Shown: in pieces, positions 36,250 to 49,470 of the stretch
Position numbering within the stretch: position 1 is the first letter of the stretch
How the letters are laid out: each line of letters opens with the position of its first letter
NCBI GenBank assembly: GCA_951804945.1
Contig: OX638149.1
Span: forward strand, 42,284,001-42,348,000
Length of the DNA: 64,000 nucleotides
Reading direction: 5' to 3'
From: Podarcis cretensis
Taxonomy: Eukaryota
The notes under the pieces: model-generated
The model's input: the letters and a program-made list of their open reading frames with translations, nothing else
What the model was told of the DNA's origin: nothing
Database searches by the model: none
Program-made: the position numbers and the translations under genes

Positions 36250-36730
36250 TTGAACATAGCCAAATAAACCTTTTCCCAATCATTTTTAACCTCTCTTGCA
36301 ATCCTGGGCAATTTGAGCTTTGGCCCACTTGACCTTGTTGGCTACTCATGTATACTCTTCCTTCATGGTTGAACCTTTCTTCCATGCCCTTCTTAAATCT
36401 CGGCTCATCTGTAAGCTTCTTATGAAGCCATACCTTATTCTTTAGATGCCTCCCACTTTTCTTACTTGTTGGAATTGTCTGCATTTGTGCCTTCAATATT
36501 TCACCTTTAAGAAACTCCCATCCATCCTGAATCCACTTCGCTTTGAGTATTTTTGACCATGGGGCCTTTCCCAGTAGTTCTTTCAGCTTTTTCAAAATTG
36601 GCCTTCTTAAAGTCCAGAGTGCATCTCCAGCTACACTCAGCTTCCCCTTGCCTCCATATCATGAAACCCAAAAGGGTGTGATTACTTCCTCCCAAGGTTC
36701 CCAGTACTGTCGATCAGTTCCTCCCTGTTG
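36250..36730 (-). mobile_element. CR1 LINE internal ORF2 fragment
   Basis: LDFKKANF, LLGKAPW, GWEFLKGEILKAQMQTIP in ORFs 36236..36595 and 36507..36695. Confidence 0.8.
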
Positions 36731-37149
36731 GTGAGGTTGTGGCTAGATGCATCCTATGGCTCTGTCATTGAGAGACAAGATGCAAATTGACATCTGGTCT
36801 GAGCTCCATACGTTGGGAAGAAATTGTTGGGTGAAGAGGCTCTGAGTTATATATTGAAAGGTAAGAAGAAGGTCATGCCTTCTGCACTCCAGTAATGAAA
36901 CAGCAAAATGTGTTTTAATGATACCATCCATATCAAATTAGTCATTCCTTACAATCCGGATTCAGAGACCTTGATATTTGGTCCAGTTTTCCTTCCCGGG
37001 GGTAGTCCAGATTTCAGTCTAGAGAGCAGCAGCCTACTTCAGGATTCCCAGATGTTATACCATCCAGAGGAGGGATGCAGCAAAATCAATTTTGATTCTC
37101 CATAGCCACCATTGGCGATGCGGGTTGCTTCATGTTGCTACCAGATGAG

Positions 37150-37460
37150 AAGCAAGCAAATTTCCTCACTGGGTGAAGAATTATGTTAAGGATACTGGAT
37201 AGAATTTCAAACCCTTCTGCCAAGTCACTTCACATGATAATCAGAAATCCAGAGAAACAGGAATTGATGCAAGCGGCCATAGGTCATCTTCTTCAGATAG
37301 CTGCAGTCAAGCAAGTAACCTCAGAACAGAGGTTTTCAGGTGTTTATTGTTCCAAAGAAAGGGGGCACTTGGCAGGTGATATTGGATTTGAAATTCTTGA
37401 ACAAGTTTGTAACATACTGAATTTTTTGTATGGAAACGTTGATCTTCCTTGGGAAGGCAT
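37150..37460 (+). mobile_element. DIRS1-like RT fragment
   Basis: AIGHLLQIAAVKQV...GVY, then in a shifted frame FIVPKKGGTWQVILDLKFLNKFV; parallels 20655-20860. Confidence 0.75.
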
Positions 37461-37752
37461 AACTAGCTGGCTTCAGCAGATTTCACCAAGGTCTGTCTCC
37501 ATGTGCCAATCTACCCAGAGCATTGACAGTTTCTCAGCTTTGCCTATGCAGGTCAACATTTTCAGTTCAACATTTTAGGGCCCCCTCAAAAATACATTTA
37601 TGGTAAATGAATGGTACCCTTTTCCCGCTTAAAAGCTGCAACCCTAAAAAATGGGCAATTTCAAATAATGTTTCAAAAGTAACATGTACAATATGATAAG
37701 GTAGCTCAGTTTGAAGTCATTAATATTAAGCAAACATGCTTCTTTTTACTAG

Positions 37753-37868
37753 AGGCTTAAGTGGCATGGAGATGGACGCTTCATCCATGGAAAAGAGGTT
37801 TGCCTATAAATTTCTGAAGAAGATTCTCAAATACGTTGACTCTGCTCAAGAATTCATTGCACATTTAG
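37753..37868 (+). CDS. RYR3: RYR3 exon 22/33 ([38 protein letters not shown])
   Basis: tactag| and |gtaagt; 116 nt. Confidence 0.95.
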
Positions 37869-39403
37869 GTAAGTTTCTGTAGGCTACTAATCAGAAAGGC
37901 AGATTTTACCCTAATTGTTGTCATTTCCTTGTGAAGTGGCATGGACTGTGCAGGGCTTTGATCCTTACTTGCTGTGCAGAAGTGTTTGCAGGATTGCTTG
38001 AGCTTGCAGATTGAGCATCCACAAGCAGCCTCTGTCGGCCCTATCTTCCTGAGCCCACCACCCCACGCGTATCTGGGCAAGAGAAGGGGAAAGGAGAGGT
38101 GGCCATGACAGGCACCCTTAATTTAGCTTTCCCTTTGAGGAAACATGCATTGTCCAGAGTGGATGTCATGCAGAAAATGCCAGTTCCACCCACATGGTGC
38201 TTTTTTCTCAAAGGAATAGTGCACAAACTGTTAATGCAGAGTCCCCAGTGAGAAAAGATCACCCTGTGCTCTTTCCAACAGGAGAAAGGGTCCTCAGCAC
38301 TAGTTTCCCTACAGAATGCTGCTCCCAGGAGGGGCAAGGGTGCTTGGAGCTTTTTCAACTGCTGCCTCTACTTCCCCATCTTCTGCCTCAGGAGGGAAGA
38401 GAGAAGCTTTGAATGTGGGTGAAGATGCTGGCCAAGCATCTTCAAGGGAATTATGTGCACACGAGCTTTGTGGTCTTTTGTGTTCACACATGTCTTTCAA
38501 GAAAGAAAAAAGGGATGCTCCCTTACCTTTAACTTCACATTTAAGAAGCTCCTTTCAAAGCAATGTTGAATAGTGTGGAGAACAGGAGGGTGAAGTTAGG
38601 CATGCTACTGATTCTTCATTTGAGTTAGTATGGCCACCCAAGTGCAATTTTTATTTTTGAAATTTGTATACCATACTTTATCAATTGATTCCAGAGTGCT
38701 TTACAACATTAAAACAACAAAATTCAGTAAGAAGTATAAAATTAAGAGAAGGTTAAAACATTATAAAAGCAGCAGAATATATGGTGATGATGATGATGAT
38801 GATGGCCTGTGGTCATGTGAGAGGATTTACCCAATCCACTGTCCCCAGCATCCCACTTCTAAATCTACGATTCAGGTGATCCAATAGTTCTTTTTGCCAA
38901 ACCTGTAACTTATGGGCCATATCTCACCCTAAAAAGAGGCACCCTAATACTCTCCCAAAATCTGTCATTAAAAAATATCTCCTGGGTTTGTTCTTGCCTG
39001 TTCCAGTGATTCCCCCACTGTGATTACATGATGCCAAAAAGTTATTTCTGCTTTACATAAATGAAGCAGCACTTAAATGAAAAACCATTTCAAAAAAAGA
39101 AAAGGAAAAAAACTCATTTTTTTGGGGGGGGGAGATTCAAAAATAGGAGTTGAGCACACACAGATGGACTTTCTCAGTTCATCTTCAGCATCCACAAGAT
39201 CTTAAGCAGCTTTATCATTTATCACGTTTGCCTAAATGGAGATGATCACTAAATAGGAGCACATAGTTGCCTCTTCTGTTCCTATATAGATGATATGGTT
39301 GGTGCTTCTGAAATTTTGACTTCATGTATTTCAAAAGCTCATGGAAGATGTAAATTGATATTTTTTGCCCAGTGTTACTTACCATTTTATTGTTTCTCTC
39401 CAG

Positions 39404-39471
39404 AAGCTATTGTCACCAGTGGAAAAACTGAGAAATCACCACATGACCAAGAAATTAAGTTCTTTGCCAAA
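39404..39471 (+). CDS. RYR3: RYR3 exon 23/33 (EAIVTSGKTEKSPHDQEIKFFAK)
   Basis: ctccag| and |gtgagt; 68 nt. Confidence 0.95.
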
Positions 39472-40291
39472 GTGAGTTGTTACATTAAAAAACAAATGAA
39501 CTATTTTAACTTTCACAGTAATGCAAGAATATAGTATGTATTAATGTTGAGATTTTGTAAAGAAACCCAAATAAATTGGTATTGAAAATTGGTTAGTGCT
39601 TTAAGGCTCTCCCTCTCCCTCCCTCTCTCTCTCGATGTAGGGCTGCCATCATGCAGCCCACATTGGAAGATTTGTAGTGCCTCATCACAGTCTTGGATTT
39701 AGATGGTGTTGAGGCAGGGTTGGAGGGCAAAGTGAAGGCAGGTTTATACAACAGCAGTGGCCATGGCATGGGAGCAAGAAGGGAGGGACACCAAGAGAGG
39801 AATAGTGGTGGTTTAAAACAATGGTGGAAGTTTAAGTAAAGCAGCGATGGAGGGACACTTGTACTTCCAATGACAGTGTAGGATCCAGTAGTACCCTCAA
39901 GCAGCTCACCTTCTTCTTCAAGGAGAGTGAAACCTCATCCAAAATAGGTTGCGTTCTATTCATTTAGACTGAAGAACCACCCCGGTTGCCGTCTGATTTC
40001 TCTGAGAGAGAATTTTAATTTTGTCTGGGATTAAAACCTCACTAAACACTGAGCAAGATGGCGGGTAGATAAGGAACAGGAAGTGGAGAGGTATGAAGGA
40101 AGGGTGTAAAGTAAGATATAGACTGAAAATAGAATAAATGCCATCATGGGAATTAATTAGTTAATTAACAAGTTAAAAGTTAAAGGAATTGCTAACTGGT
40201 TAAATTTTTCAACTGTAAACTTCACTTTTAAAAAAGTTAACTTTATCCTTTTTACAATTTAAATCTAAAACTTTTTATCTGAATTCCCTAG

Positions 40292-40413
40292 GTTCTACTT
40301 CCACTAGTTGACCAGTATTTTACCAACCATTGCCTGTATTTCCTCTCCTCCCCAACTAAGCCACTCAGCAGTAGTGGATATGCTTCAAATAAAGAAAAAG
40401 AAATGGTAGCAAG
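40292..40413 (+). CDS. RYR3: RYR3 exon 24/33 ([41 protein letters not shown])
   Basis: ccctag| and |gtatgt; 122 nt. Confidence 0.95.
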
Positions 40414-40595
40414 GTATGTAAGTAAGAAAAAATACAGTCTATGACACTGGAAAAATCATGATATAATAAAGGTATTAGGCTCTTTAAAATATTTATTTCA
40501 TATATCCTTATAACTCTAGCCAGTTTTTTTTTAATAATCCAAACTTGTATTTTAATTATATCATCAGATGTCAAAGAGATAAACAACTACCTATC

Positions 40596-40725
40596 ATTTA
40601 GAAGACATCTGAAGGCAGCCCTGTTCAGGGAAGTTTTTAATGTGTGACATTTTAAAGTATTTTTCATCTTTGTTGCAAGCCGCCCAGAGTGGCTGGGGAA
40701 ACCCAGCCAGATGGGCGGGGTACAA

Positions 40726-40774
<49 letters not shown>
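40596..40774 (+). mobile_element. L2-type LINE 3' end with an (ATT)n microsatellite tail
   Basis: tgaaggcagccctgttcagggaagtttt...gccgcccagagtggctgggg...gggcggggtacaaa followed by (att)n. Confidence 0.75.
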
Positions 40775-40777
<3 letters not shown>

Positions 40778-41775
40778 TAGTCTACATTGAGTGGTCACAC
40801 ATGTGCCTCTTCATACAGTCACCTTACACTCTAGTGATGCTGATAATAGAACAATAATATGAAAAATAACATGAATAACTTTATATACATATCTTTTGTG
40901 TCAATTTAGTTAGAAATGTAATTACAAAAAGAAGTAAAACTCCTTTTAAGCCCCTTTCTTGCTGGTTAAGAATTCTGTCATTTTTATTTATTTCTCTACA
41001 TTATTGATTTTCTCACTGATTCTCTTGTCTTTCCTTCAAATTATTATCCTGGGGGAGATAGGTTTGTTTTTTTGTTTTCTAAATAGATTTTTTTAAGATA
41101 CTAAATAAGATTTTTCCAAACGTTTCACTTTCAGTGATATTTTAATCTGGATATAATTCTCAAATTTTATCTAAGTGTTTTCATTCACAATATACTGATT
41201 TTATTGCTCATGTTCAGTATTATATATAGAACACTTTATCAGACATTTTTCTAAAATGCAAATATGTTGCTTTTGGTTTCTCACTTTCTGTTTGTAAGTC
41301 CATTAAAATACTATCCAATCTTTCCTGGTATTATTTATTCTTTAGAATCCTATGTTGTTGTTTATTCATGGTTTTGGTTTTTGCTCATGGAAGGAGGACA
41401 TCCTTGTGGGTGAGTCCTCCTATCTACCTCAAAGATTCAGAGGTTCCAAAGGCTTCCAGAACCTCTGTTGGGAGAGGGAGCCCTCTCAAATATTGTCCAT
41501 CCTCACCTAGAGGTAGCATGGGATCATTACTTTCCAAGGTATGGGTTGTTGCTGTTTTCTTGACTCTTCCCCATGACTAGTTTTAGCTAGTTAGTAAAGT
41601 TTCTATCTTAGGTTTTTGTTTGTTTGTTTTGGGATTCACTGCTGAAGAGGTGATAGAGTAGTCAGCCACATACAAAACAAGTTGACATTTTGACATCCCT
41701 CCAGGAGCTGCCTGGATCCAATTCGGGAGGGTTGATTTATTCCACTTGTGTCTAAAAGCATCTCAGCATCTAGGG

Positions 41776-41906
41776 CAGAGATGGGCAACACGTGACCCTC
41801 TGAATGTTGTTGGACTGCAACTCCCATCAGCTCCAACCATGATGGCTATAGAGAAGACTGTAGTTATATCCAGCAACATATGGAGGGCCGCAGATTCACC
41901 ATCCCT
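41776..41906. mobile_element. Diverged short hAT MITE
   Basis: cagagatgggcaac...ttcaccatccctg ends; internal ggactgcaactcccatc motif. Confidence 0.6.
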
Positions 41907-43740
41907 GATCAGCGGGTAAAATCTTAAGTATTGACTTCTACTGCCATCCATTATTGATGGCAAATCATTCTGTCCTGGGTATAGAGAGTGGTTGTCTGAG
42001 CAATGAAAAAGGTGTCTGACAAAAATAAGGAATGAAGTGCAATGAAAATCAAAGGAATCGACAGCTTCACTCTTTGAAGACTGATGTATTGTGCTTTTCC
42101 TTTAGATCTAATACCATGGAGACAGTTACAGATAACTGTAAACGGAATTGTTCTCCCTATGGGTACAGTCTACCTACTGTTAATGTAGTCCTTGTGATGA
42201 ATCCACCATGCTCCTTTTTACAGGAGGTTTAGGGGAAGACATCTCAGACAGGTGTATAGATCTTACTGAAGAGGGAAATCCAGGGGACATTTAAACTGCC
42301 CCCCAGGAAGGGGGGAGACTGAATAATGGTGGGTTTCTTAATCCAGCCATTCTCCTACAGCTTTTTAAACTTCGTACTTGATTAATACAAACCTCAGAGC
42401 ACTGGAACGTCACCACCTTCCTTTGTCGAAAGCTGGTGTCAACCATGAGCTACTAATGTAAACTCCCTTTTTCAGTCTAATCCAGGGTTTGTTGGAGCGG
42501 CATACTAGCTTCCATAGCCTGCTGCTTGTTTTGCCTAGGAAGAATGCTCATCCGCTGTGTCAACTCCCAAGTGGAGGAAGAAGGCAGGCAGGACTGGGCA
42601 GAGGGACACCTTCCCAGCAGGGAGGACCAGGAGTTTGGATTGCTCTGCTAATCAATTGAGTGCGGATTGCTAGCTTCTAATCTAAAGCCCACCCTATTTT
42701 GGGGTGCTAAGCTTTTGGGTGATTTCCTGAATGATGCACCAACTAAAATGAAGTTTAAAAGCCTATGTTATCTCTTCCTAAATAAGGAGAAGCAGAAGGT
42801 TAATATAAGGAGTCAGAACTCATTTTGCAATCATAGAGTTCCTTTTTGAGCTAGCTAATTTTGACCTATCAGGTATTAATAGTAAAATATAGCCACTAGC
42901 CAGAACTAAGCAGCAGTAGAGACAAAATTCTGTTTGATGCCATATTTTACCAGTGGGAAACTTTAATATTTCTTCTACATGTGGGAACCGTTAACTACTC
43001 ACCCTTCAGCCTGATGTCCAGTCTTTTGGAAATTTGTATAAGAAAGAACTGTGTACCAAGGTGGTCGTTGTTGCCTTTTTCTGTTGAGCAGACCAAAGTT
43101 CTGGAAGCTTAAGAAAATTGCAAAATCAGATCAACAGCTTCTACTATTGTTGATGGACCTATTCCCATAATGTCCAATGTAATATTTAGACCCAGCCTAG
43201 CTTTGCCTCGTTGCATGAAAATTTAACAATTTAAATGGGCTAGGATATGCTCGAACAATAATTAATATAATTGTGGCTTCTCATAAAAGATATCCAATCA
43301 AACCTAAAAACTGCTATAAAGTGTGTTTAAGCTGTTGCCAAAGAAAGAAGGTGGCCCTCAATAAGACTAATGTCCCTCATTTACTGAGACTTTTAATGCA
43401 GAACTTTCACAGGGGCTATGATCTGATGCTACACCTGCCAAGACACTCACACAATAAGCACACAATAAGCAAACTTTGAAAATGGTCTGTTTAATTAGTC
43501 TACTTCCAGTGCATATATTCTCTTTATATAATTCTTCCATCAGGCTCTTCTTATTGCTGACAAAACCATATTTTAAGCCAATTCATATGCTCTCAGACCA
43601 ACTCCTGACCTTGAAAGTCCAGTTCCTGGTGGCAGTTAGGGTATCTGGTGGCAGGAAGGATGTCTTAGCTGTATGCTCTTGCCTTTCAGGAACCCAGGCA
43701 CTGATGTCTTTATTTAGAAGATTTATGAAATCTTGTTTTA

Positions 43741-43824
43741 GCTGAGATTCCTGCATTGCAATGGGTTGGACTTGATGGCCCTTGGGGTCCCTTCCAACTC
43801 TACAATTCTATGATTCTGTGATTC
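43741..43824 (+). mobile_element. CR1 3' terminal fragment
   Basis: gggttggacttgatggcccttggggtcccttccaactctacaattctatgattctgtgattc. Confidence 0.85.
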
Positions 43825-43885
43825 CCTAAAGTAATTTGTCCCACAGAATGCAGGAATTGGTTCTCTCCTATTTTTCCCCTAACTC

Positions 43886-43890
<5 letters not shown>

Positions 43891-43923
<33 letters not shown>
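43891..43923. repeat. (GA)n microsatellite
   Basis: Seen directly. Confidence 0.95.
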
Positions 43924-43924
<1 letters not shown>

Positions 43925-45304
43925 CTGGCTTACGTTGGATACATGTCGGATACTCAATATGTATTTATGGAGAACAATATTTACTAAATAAGTAATTGGA
44001 CTTCAGATTCCTTGTTTATTTTCTTCCATAGTTTCTTGGGACAGAAAGATTTCTAGAGCAACTCTATAAATATGTGGCTTTGGACTCCATGCTCCCTGGA
44101 GTAGTGTGATGCTCTAAATAAAGATATATGTGCCTCTCTTCCTCAAAGACTGTATGACATTAGTATACTAATTACCTTTTAAGCCACCAGGAGGTATTTT
44201 GGCACACTGAGGGTAGGCACCATAGCTGCTCTGATTACTAACCCACCATTATCTCATATCTGAAGAGCAGCTGTGGGATGGGCACTCAGTACACCTACTT
44301 CTGTATAGATGCCTTCACTGAAGCACAATTTGAGTAAAGAATCCTATCACAGATGTATTGAAGTTAGGTCTCACCTCTTGATGGGTTCTCGTGCTTACCA
44401 TTAATTTGAAGGATATCCTTGCATGACCTAGGAAAACATTGCTTATCCTGAGGGTTCTTTCTGGTCATGAAAATGAGGACATCCTGCATTATTTCACACT
44501 AGAATCTTGAAATGACCTCTTGTCCTGGTGGAGTTAACTAAAGTTGCAGTATTAGAACTTAATAATAGTCATTTATTTCTGGTTAGATGATCTTTTGTTC
44601 CTCAGCTGTTGGAAGCCTCCAAAACTGAGAGGTTTCCTCCTCCCAGCAGAGATTCCAGAAGCCTCTGGAAGTCCTGCCTTCTTGAAATGGATGGGAGGAG
44701 TCAGCCATCAAAGGATGTTCTCCTTTCCATGACAAGAAAGAGCCCTCATAAGTAAGTCCAATAATTATTTCCATTATCTTCTGATGACTTTTATCTTCTC
44801 AACTTCATTTTGTCTTGCTTACTATTTGGTTGCTAAGAGTAGAACTGATGAAGCAGAAAATATAAGTTGTTTTTCCCCCTGGTGCCATAACCTTATGTAG
44901 CAATGATTTAACATAACTGTTATTTGTGATCATTTTTTTTTTAAATTTGAATTCTGTATTTTTTCACATTCTTAAGTTCTTTTATTTTGTACCTTCAAAA
45001 AGAAATGACCATTACAGAATGATTTGGTTACATAACATATATAGTGATCAAAGAGCTTATTTGTGAAAGAAAATTTAATTTTTTTTAGAATAGTATTCAC
45101 TTTCCCCCTAGATGTATAGAAAATAATTTCTAAATGCAGTTATTATCAAACTCAGCTTCTGTTTAATTCAAAACATACTTTGTATCTTTGTTTCACATCT
45201 ACCATTCTCACAGTTGCTCCTCACTACTGTATTAATTTATTATCTAAACAAATCTTTAACCCCTCTGTATTTTTCCTGCTGTTTTGCATTCTTTTCGGCT
45301 TTAG

Positions 45305-45354
45305 CCTTTTCTGCAAACTTGCTGCTCTTGTTAGACATAGGATTTCACTTTTTG
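45305..45354 (+). CDS. RYR3: RYR3 exon 25/33 (LFCKLAALVRHRISLF)
   Basis: ctttag| and |gtaagt; 50 nt. Confidence 0.95.
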
Positions 45355-46504
45355 GTAAGTTAAGAAAGATTTTCATTAAGTTATCATCACAAGTTGTCTG
45401 GGATATTTCTGGGTTGATGAGAAATTGTTGACTGCTTTTTAGCTAGTAATCATGAAAAGGATTTTAAATTTATTTTTTTTAAGATAAAGTATCCCTGAAC
45501 TGTCTCTTTGTAGTGTCCTTTCAATCTCTCCTGCTGTCATACCCTGGGACAATTCTGTAAAATTGTTTACGAGTCCCATTTCCTGCTTCTGTATCAACAT
45601 ATATCTGCTTTGTTTTCTGACTACGGTGTTATCAATAATATATTTAAGCAAATGCAGAAGAGCGTGATAATATCATGCAAAGTACTAGATACTGGAAGAG
45701 GAATTTTAGTATGTTGTGGAGGAGCAATCGTAGCATCTTGCTAAGTACAATATACTATCCTTGCACAAACTGCACAGAAACTTGATAATTTGCAGAGTGT
45801 GATGCTATGGGTGGTTGTGGTTGTGAGTTTCTTTGGTGGAGCTCCCACCATTACCTAAACCCTTTTGGCTTCAACTCAGATACATTTTTCCCCATAAATG
45901 TTTTTTCAGCCAGGAGCTAAGACTATGTACTACTCATGAGTGAGGTCCTTACTCACAAGTGTGAAGGGAGGGAGTGGAGGGAAATATGGGAGAGCCACTT
46001 AGAAGAGGCTGAAGAAGGGAAATGCCAAGGAAGAAAGACTTCTGAAGCTTCTCTTTGAGACAATCATAGCTCAGAGCTGAGAAGGAGCATGGGTGAGATC
46101 CAGCTCCCTTCTACTGAGGCATTAGACCACAGATTGGAGCCTTAAAGGTGCAAGGCACAGTTGCACATTCTGCACATCTTCTAATCTTTTGGATTTTTGG
46201 TTCCCCTGAACACTCTAGATATTTTCTGATTGGCAGTTCTCTAATCAAAGAAATCCAAGTAAATTATGAATGGGGGAATATATATATATAAGGCAAGTAG
46301 AAAGGGCAGTCTACATGCTATCCATTGATCTGATAATTAGATGATGTAAGAAGAAAAATTAACAAAGATTCCAACTTTTGTTAAAAAAATAATATATTAG
46401 ATTTCCCCAGCATAAGTATGTTCAATAAATGTATTAATTTTTATTTTACCTTTTTAAAAAGAGAATTTAAAAGAGCAACACATTTCCCCATTCATTTTGA
46501 ATAG

Positions 46505-46565
46505 GTAGTGATGCTGCTACAATGGTTAGCTGCCTACACATCTTAGCTCAGACACTAGACACAAG
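46505..46565 (+). CDS. RYR3: RYR3 exon 26/33 (GSDAATMVSCLHILAQTLDTR)
   Basis: gaatag| and |gtaagt; 61 nt. Confidence 0.95.
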
Positions 46566-47490
46566 GTAAGTTTACTCCTTTTATCAATCTTATATGTGAA
46601 TACTATTTCACCCAAAGAATTTTTTTCCAAAAATATCCCCCCCCCAAAAAAAATGAATTATTGTAACCAAATTATTTACTTCCCAGCAGAACATTTTTCT
46701 TGAAAGCTATGTAGTAACATATACCATATACTGTTCAATTTAGGCTGTAATCCTATACATATTGGCGAATATGCTCACTGAATTTGAGGAGACTTACTTC
46801 TGAGTAGACTTCTGAGTAGACATCTGTAGATTGTATGGTCAGGAGGTTTAGTTGAAAGCAAGGTGTAAAAGTGGTGAATTTTGCAATACTTAAAATTCAT
46901 CATTAAAACTTAAGGCTTGGTGCTATTTTCATTTTCCGTAGAGGTAAATTTCAAAAATAAAAGTAGAAAATGATTAAAAATGGTTATAAAATTGCAGTTT
47001 TTAAAAGTAGTTCACTTCAGCTTTACTAATCTATCCTTTTTAGCAATTGCAATCTAAGCAGGAGTGCTTCTGTTATTTCCCAACCAGCGCCCCTAGGTGG
47101 CATCTGAGTCTGAGAATCTGAAAATGCACACTGAGCAATAACTGAGAAGCAGAGGCAAGCCTCTTTTCCTGATATATGTGTAATGTTGGTATCCCTGTGC
47201 AGAAGCCTACTAGAAGTAAGTCTCATTTCATAGCACCAGGGTAAATAATCTCACCATTATAGGACTTGGTGCAAGTGCACTAAAATTAGCTTCCTCGCCA
47301 TAATTTCCCACATAGTTTCTTAGCGTGCTTAGTCAGAACTGTTGAATAGCCATGTAATTACTAGTCTATGTCTGGTCAATGTAGACACCTATATCTCAAA
47401 GAAACAGACATTAATTGAGGAAGTCTAGATTTGCTATGGAAAATTATAGGCATTTGATTTCTAAGTGACGCTCTATAAATTGTCCTGTAG

Positions 47491-47729
47491 AACCGTCATG
47501 AAATCAGGTTCAGAGCTGGTTAAAGCAGGACTGCGTGCCTTCTTTGAAAATGCAGCTGAAGATCTGGAGAAGACATCAGAAAATCTTAAACTTGGAAAAT
47601 TTACCCATTCCCGTACACAGATTAAAGGGGTCTCACAGAATATCAACTATACAACAGTGGCATTGTTGCCTGTTCTAACATCAATTTTTGAACATGTTGC
47701 TCAGCATCATTTTGGCACCGATTTGCTAT
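47491..47729 (+). CDS. RYR3: RYR3 exon 27/33 ([28 protein letters not shown]...HHFGTDLL)
   Basis: ctgtag| and |gtaagt; 239 nt. Confidence 0.96.
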
Positions 47730-48046
47730 GTAAGTCTTCTCAGTTTTCTCTTTGATTTTCAGATATTGTTTCAGTTGTAACTAGGAATGAATGAGGATTC
47801 CACTGCTCATTCCAAAATGGGTCAGGGCTTTGCACTCAACTGAAACTGAAACCATGTTTGCTCTTTTAGAAGTGTGCATTTAACTTACTGTCTTATTTAT
47901 TCTAATATGCTATGAGCTATGGCAAAATCTGAAATTAGCTGCATTATATTTTCATTTTTAATACATAGATTCAATGGAATCTGTATGGCAGCTAATATGC
48001 TTCCAGCCTCATGTATTAATAAATTTTGAGCCCTTTGTGATGAATA

Positions 48047-48267
48047 CAGTGGTACCTCGGGTTAAGTACTTAATTCATTCCGGAGGTCCGTTCTTAACCT
48101 GAAACTGTTCTTAACCTGAAGCTTTAGCTAATGGGGCTTCCTGCTGCCGCCGCACCGCCAGAACACGATTTCTGTTCTCATCCTGAAGCAAAGTTCTTAA
48201 CCCGAAGTAATATTTCTGGGTTAGCAGAGTCTGTAACCTGAAGCGTATTTAACCTGAGGTACCACTG
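48047..48267. mobile_element. Tc1/mariner MITE, second copy of the 3183 family
   Basis: TA|cagtggtacctcgggttaa...ttaacctgaggtaccactg|TA. Confidence 0.88.
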
Positions 48268-48704
48268 TACAGGGATTTTTTTTCATTCAGGGATAAATTA
48301 ACAGTAGCCTCCTGAATGTTGCTAGATTTTCATTCTAAGTGGTCAGTACTTCCATTTTATTTATGGAGGATTGTCACATCTTGTCTGAGAGGTCTCCTGC
48401 AGCAGACATTCAAGTGATGCAGCTTGTCCCAGAATAGGATGCAGCGAAGGGTGGGAAGTTTGCCTGTTGAAGCTTTGCCTGTTATTCAGTTGCTAAAAAC
48501 AGAGGGAATAGTTGTCAACCTCATTAAGTACTTTTCCTAGGCAAAGGGTCTTACATCAATGCTGCGCTGAAATACGCCAGGCATTGGTGGAGACTGATAT
48601 CCTATCTTCTGTGTGGTTCACAGGGGCCATGACTGTTTGAAGTTAATTAAAAGACACCCACTGATCCAAAAGTCTTTTACATCAGGTTCATAGGGACTGT
48701 GTGG

Positions 48705-48707
<3 letters not shown>

Positions 48708-48751
<44 letters not shown>
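48708..48751. repeat. (GA)n microsatellite
   Basis: Seen directly. Confidence 0.95.
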
Positions 48752-48754
<3 letters not shown>

Positions 48755-49094
48755 GCCTTGTGATTAATTAAGACAGCAGTCCAATTTTAAAATTTTGTTA
48801 AGTCCAGGAACATATTGGATGGCATGTCTTCCATGAATCCCAGAGTCTTTGATCCAGCACAGGCCTCCATTCATGGAAGGAATGGAATTTTTATCAGTTA
48901 TCTTTCCCATCTACAACCTTCTGTTCCAGTGAGCCCCCTAATCTTAAGGGGCAAGTTTTCAGTGGGATGCAGGGAAAAGAGCAAATCAATGAAAACCACC
49001 TTCCCCTTCTGTGAGGGGAGGATAGAAACTCTTCCTGTGAGTAGAATTCTGATTACATGACCTTTGTATCCAGCCAAAATGGCTGCCTTGGTAT

Positions 49095-49223
49095 AATCAT
49101 ATCATTGTAGAGTAGGAAGGGACCACAAGCGCTGGCAATTCAGAAATCTCAACTAAAGCATCCCTGACAGATGGCCATCCAACCTTTGCTTAAAAACCTC
49201 TAAGGAAGGAGAGTCCACCACCA
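49095..49223 (-). mobile_element. CR1 3' fragment
   Basis: gtagagtaggaagggacc...cagatggccatccaacctttgcttaaaaacctc is the reverse complement of the CR1 tail at 19300-19440. Confidence 0.75.
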
Positions 49224-49388
49224 CAATTTTATTTAGAAAATTATATAAAATTGAATAAAGCATTAGGAGAGTACTATGTACAACAATTGGCTGTTGTTTG
49301 GGTAAACTGTATAAAGAGGTCAAAACATTCAATTTTAAAATATGACATAGCTGAACATAAGTGTTTTCTTTTCTTTTCTTTCCCCCAG

Positions 49389-49470
49389 TAGGTGATGTCC
49401 AAGTATCATGCTACAGAATTCTTTGTAGCCTGTACTCTCTTGGAACTGGAAAGAACATTTATGTTGAAAG
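49389..49470 (+). CDS. RYR3: RYR3 exon 28/33 ([28 protein letters not shown])
   Basis: ccccag|tag NAGNAG acceptor, |gtactt donor; 82 nt. Confidence 0.93.

Larger units (their letters stand above)
41368..44770 (+). mobile_element. Putative DIRS remnant: left terminal repeat (~41370-41490) and right end (~44410-44770), interior degraded
   Basis: 41386-41488 aligns with the reverse complement of ~44625-44732; a second fold-back copy of the catg..aggacatcc motif lies at 44410-44485. Confidence 0.5.
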
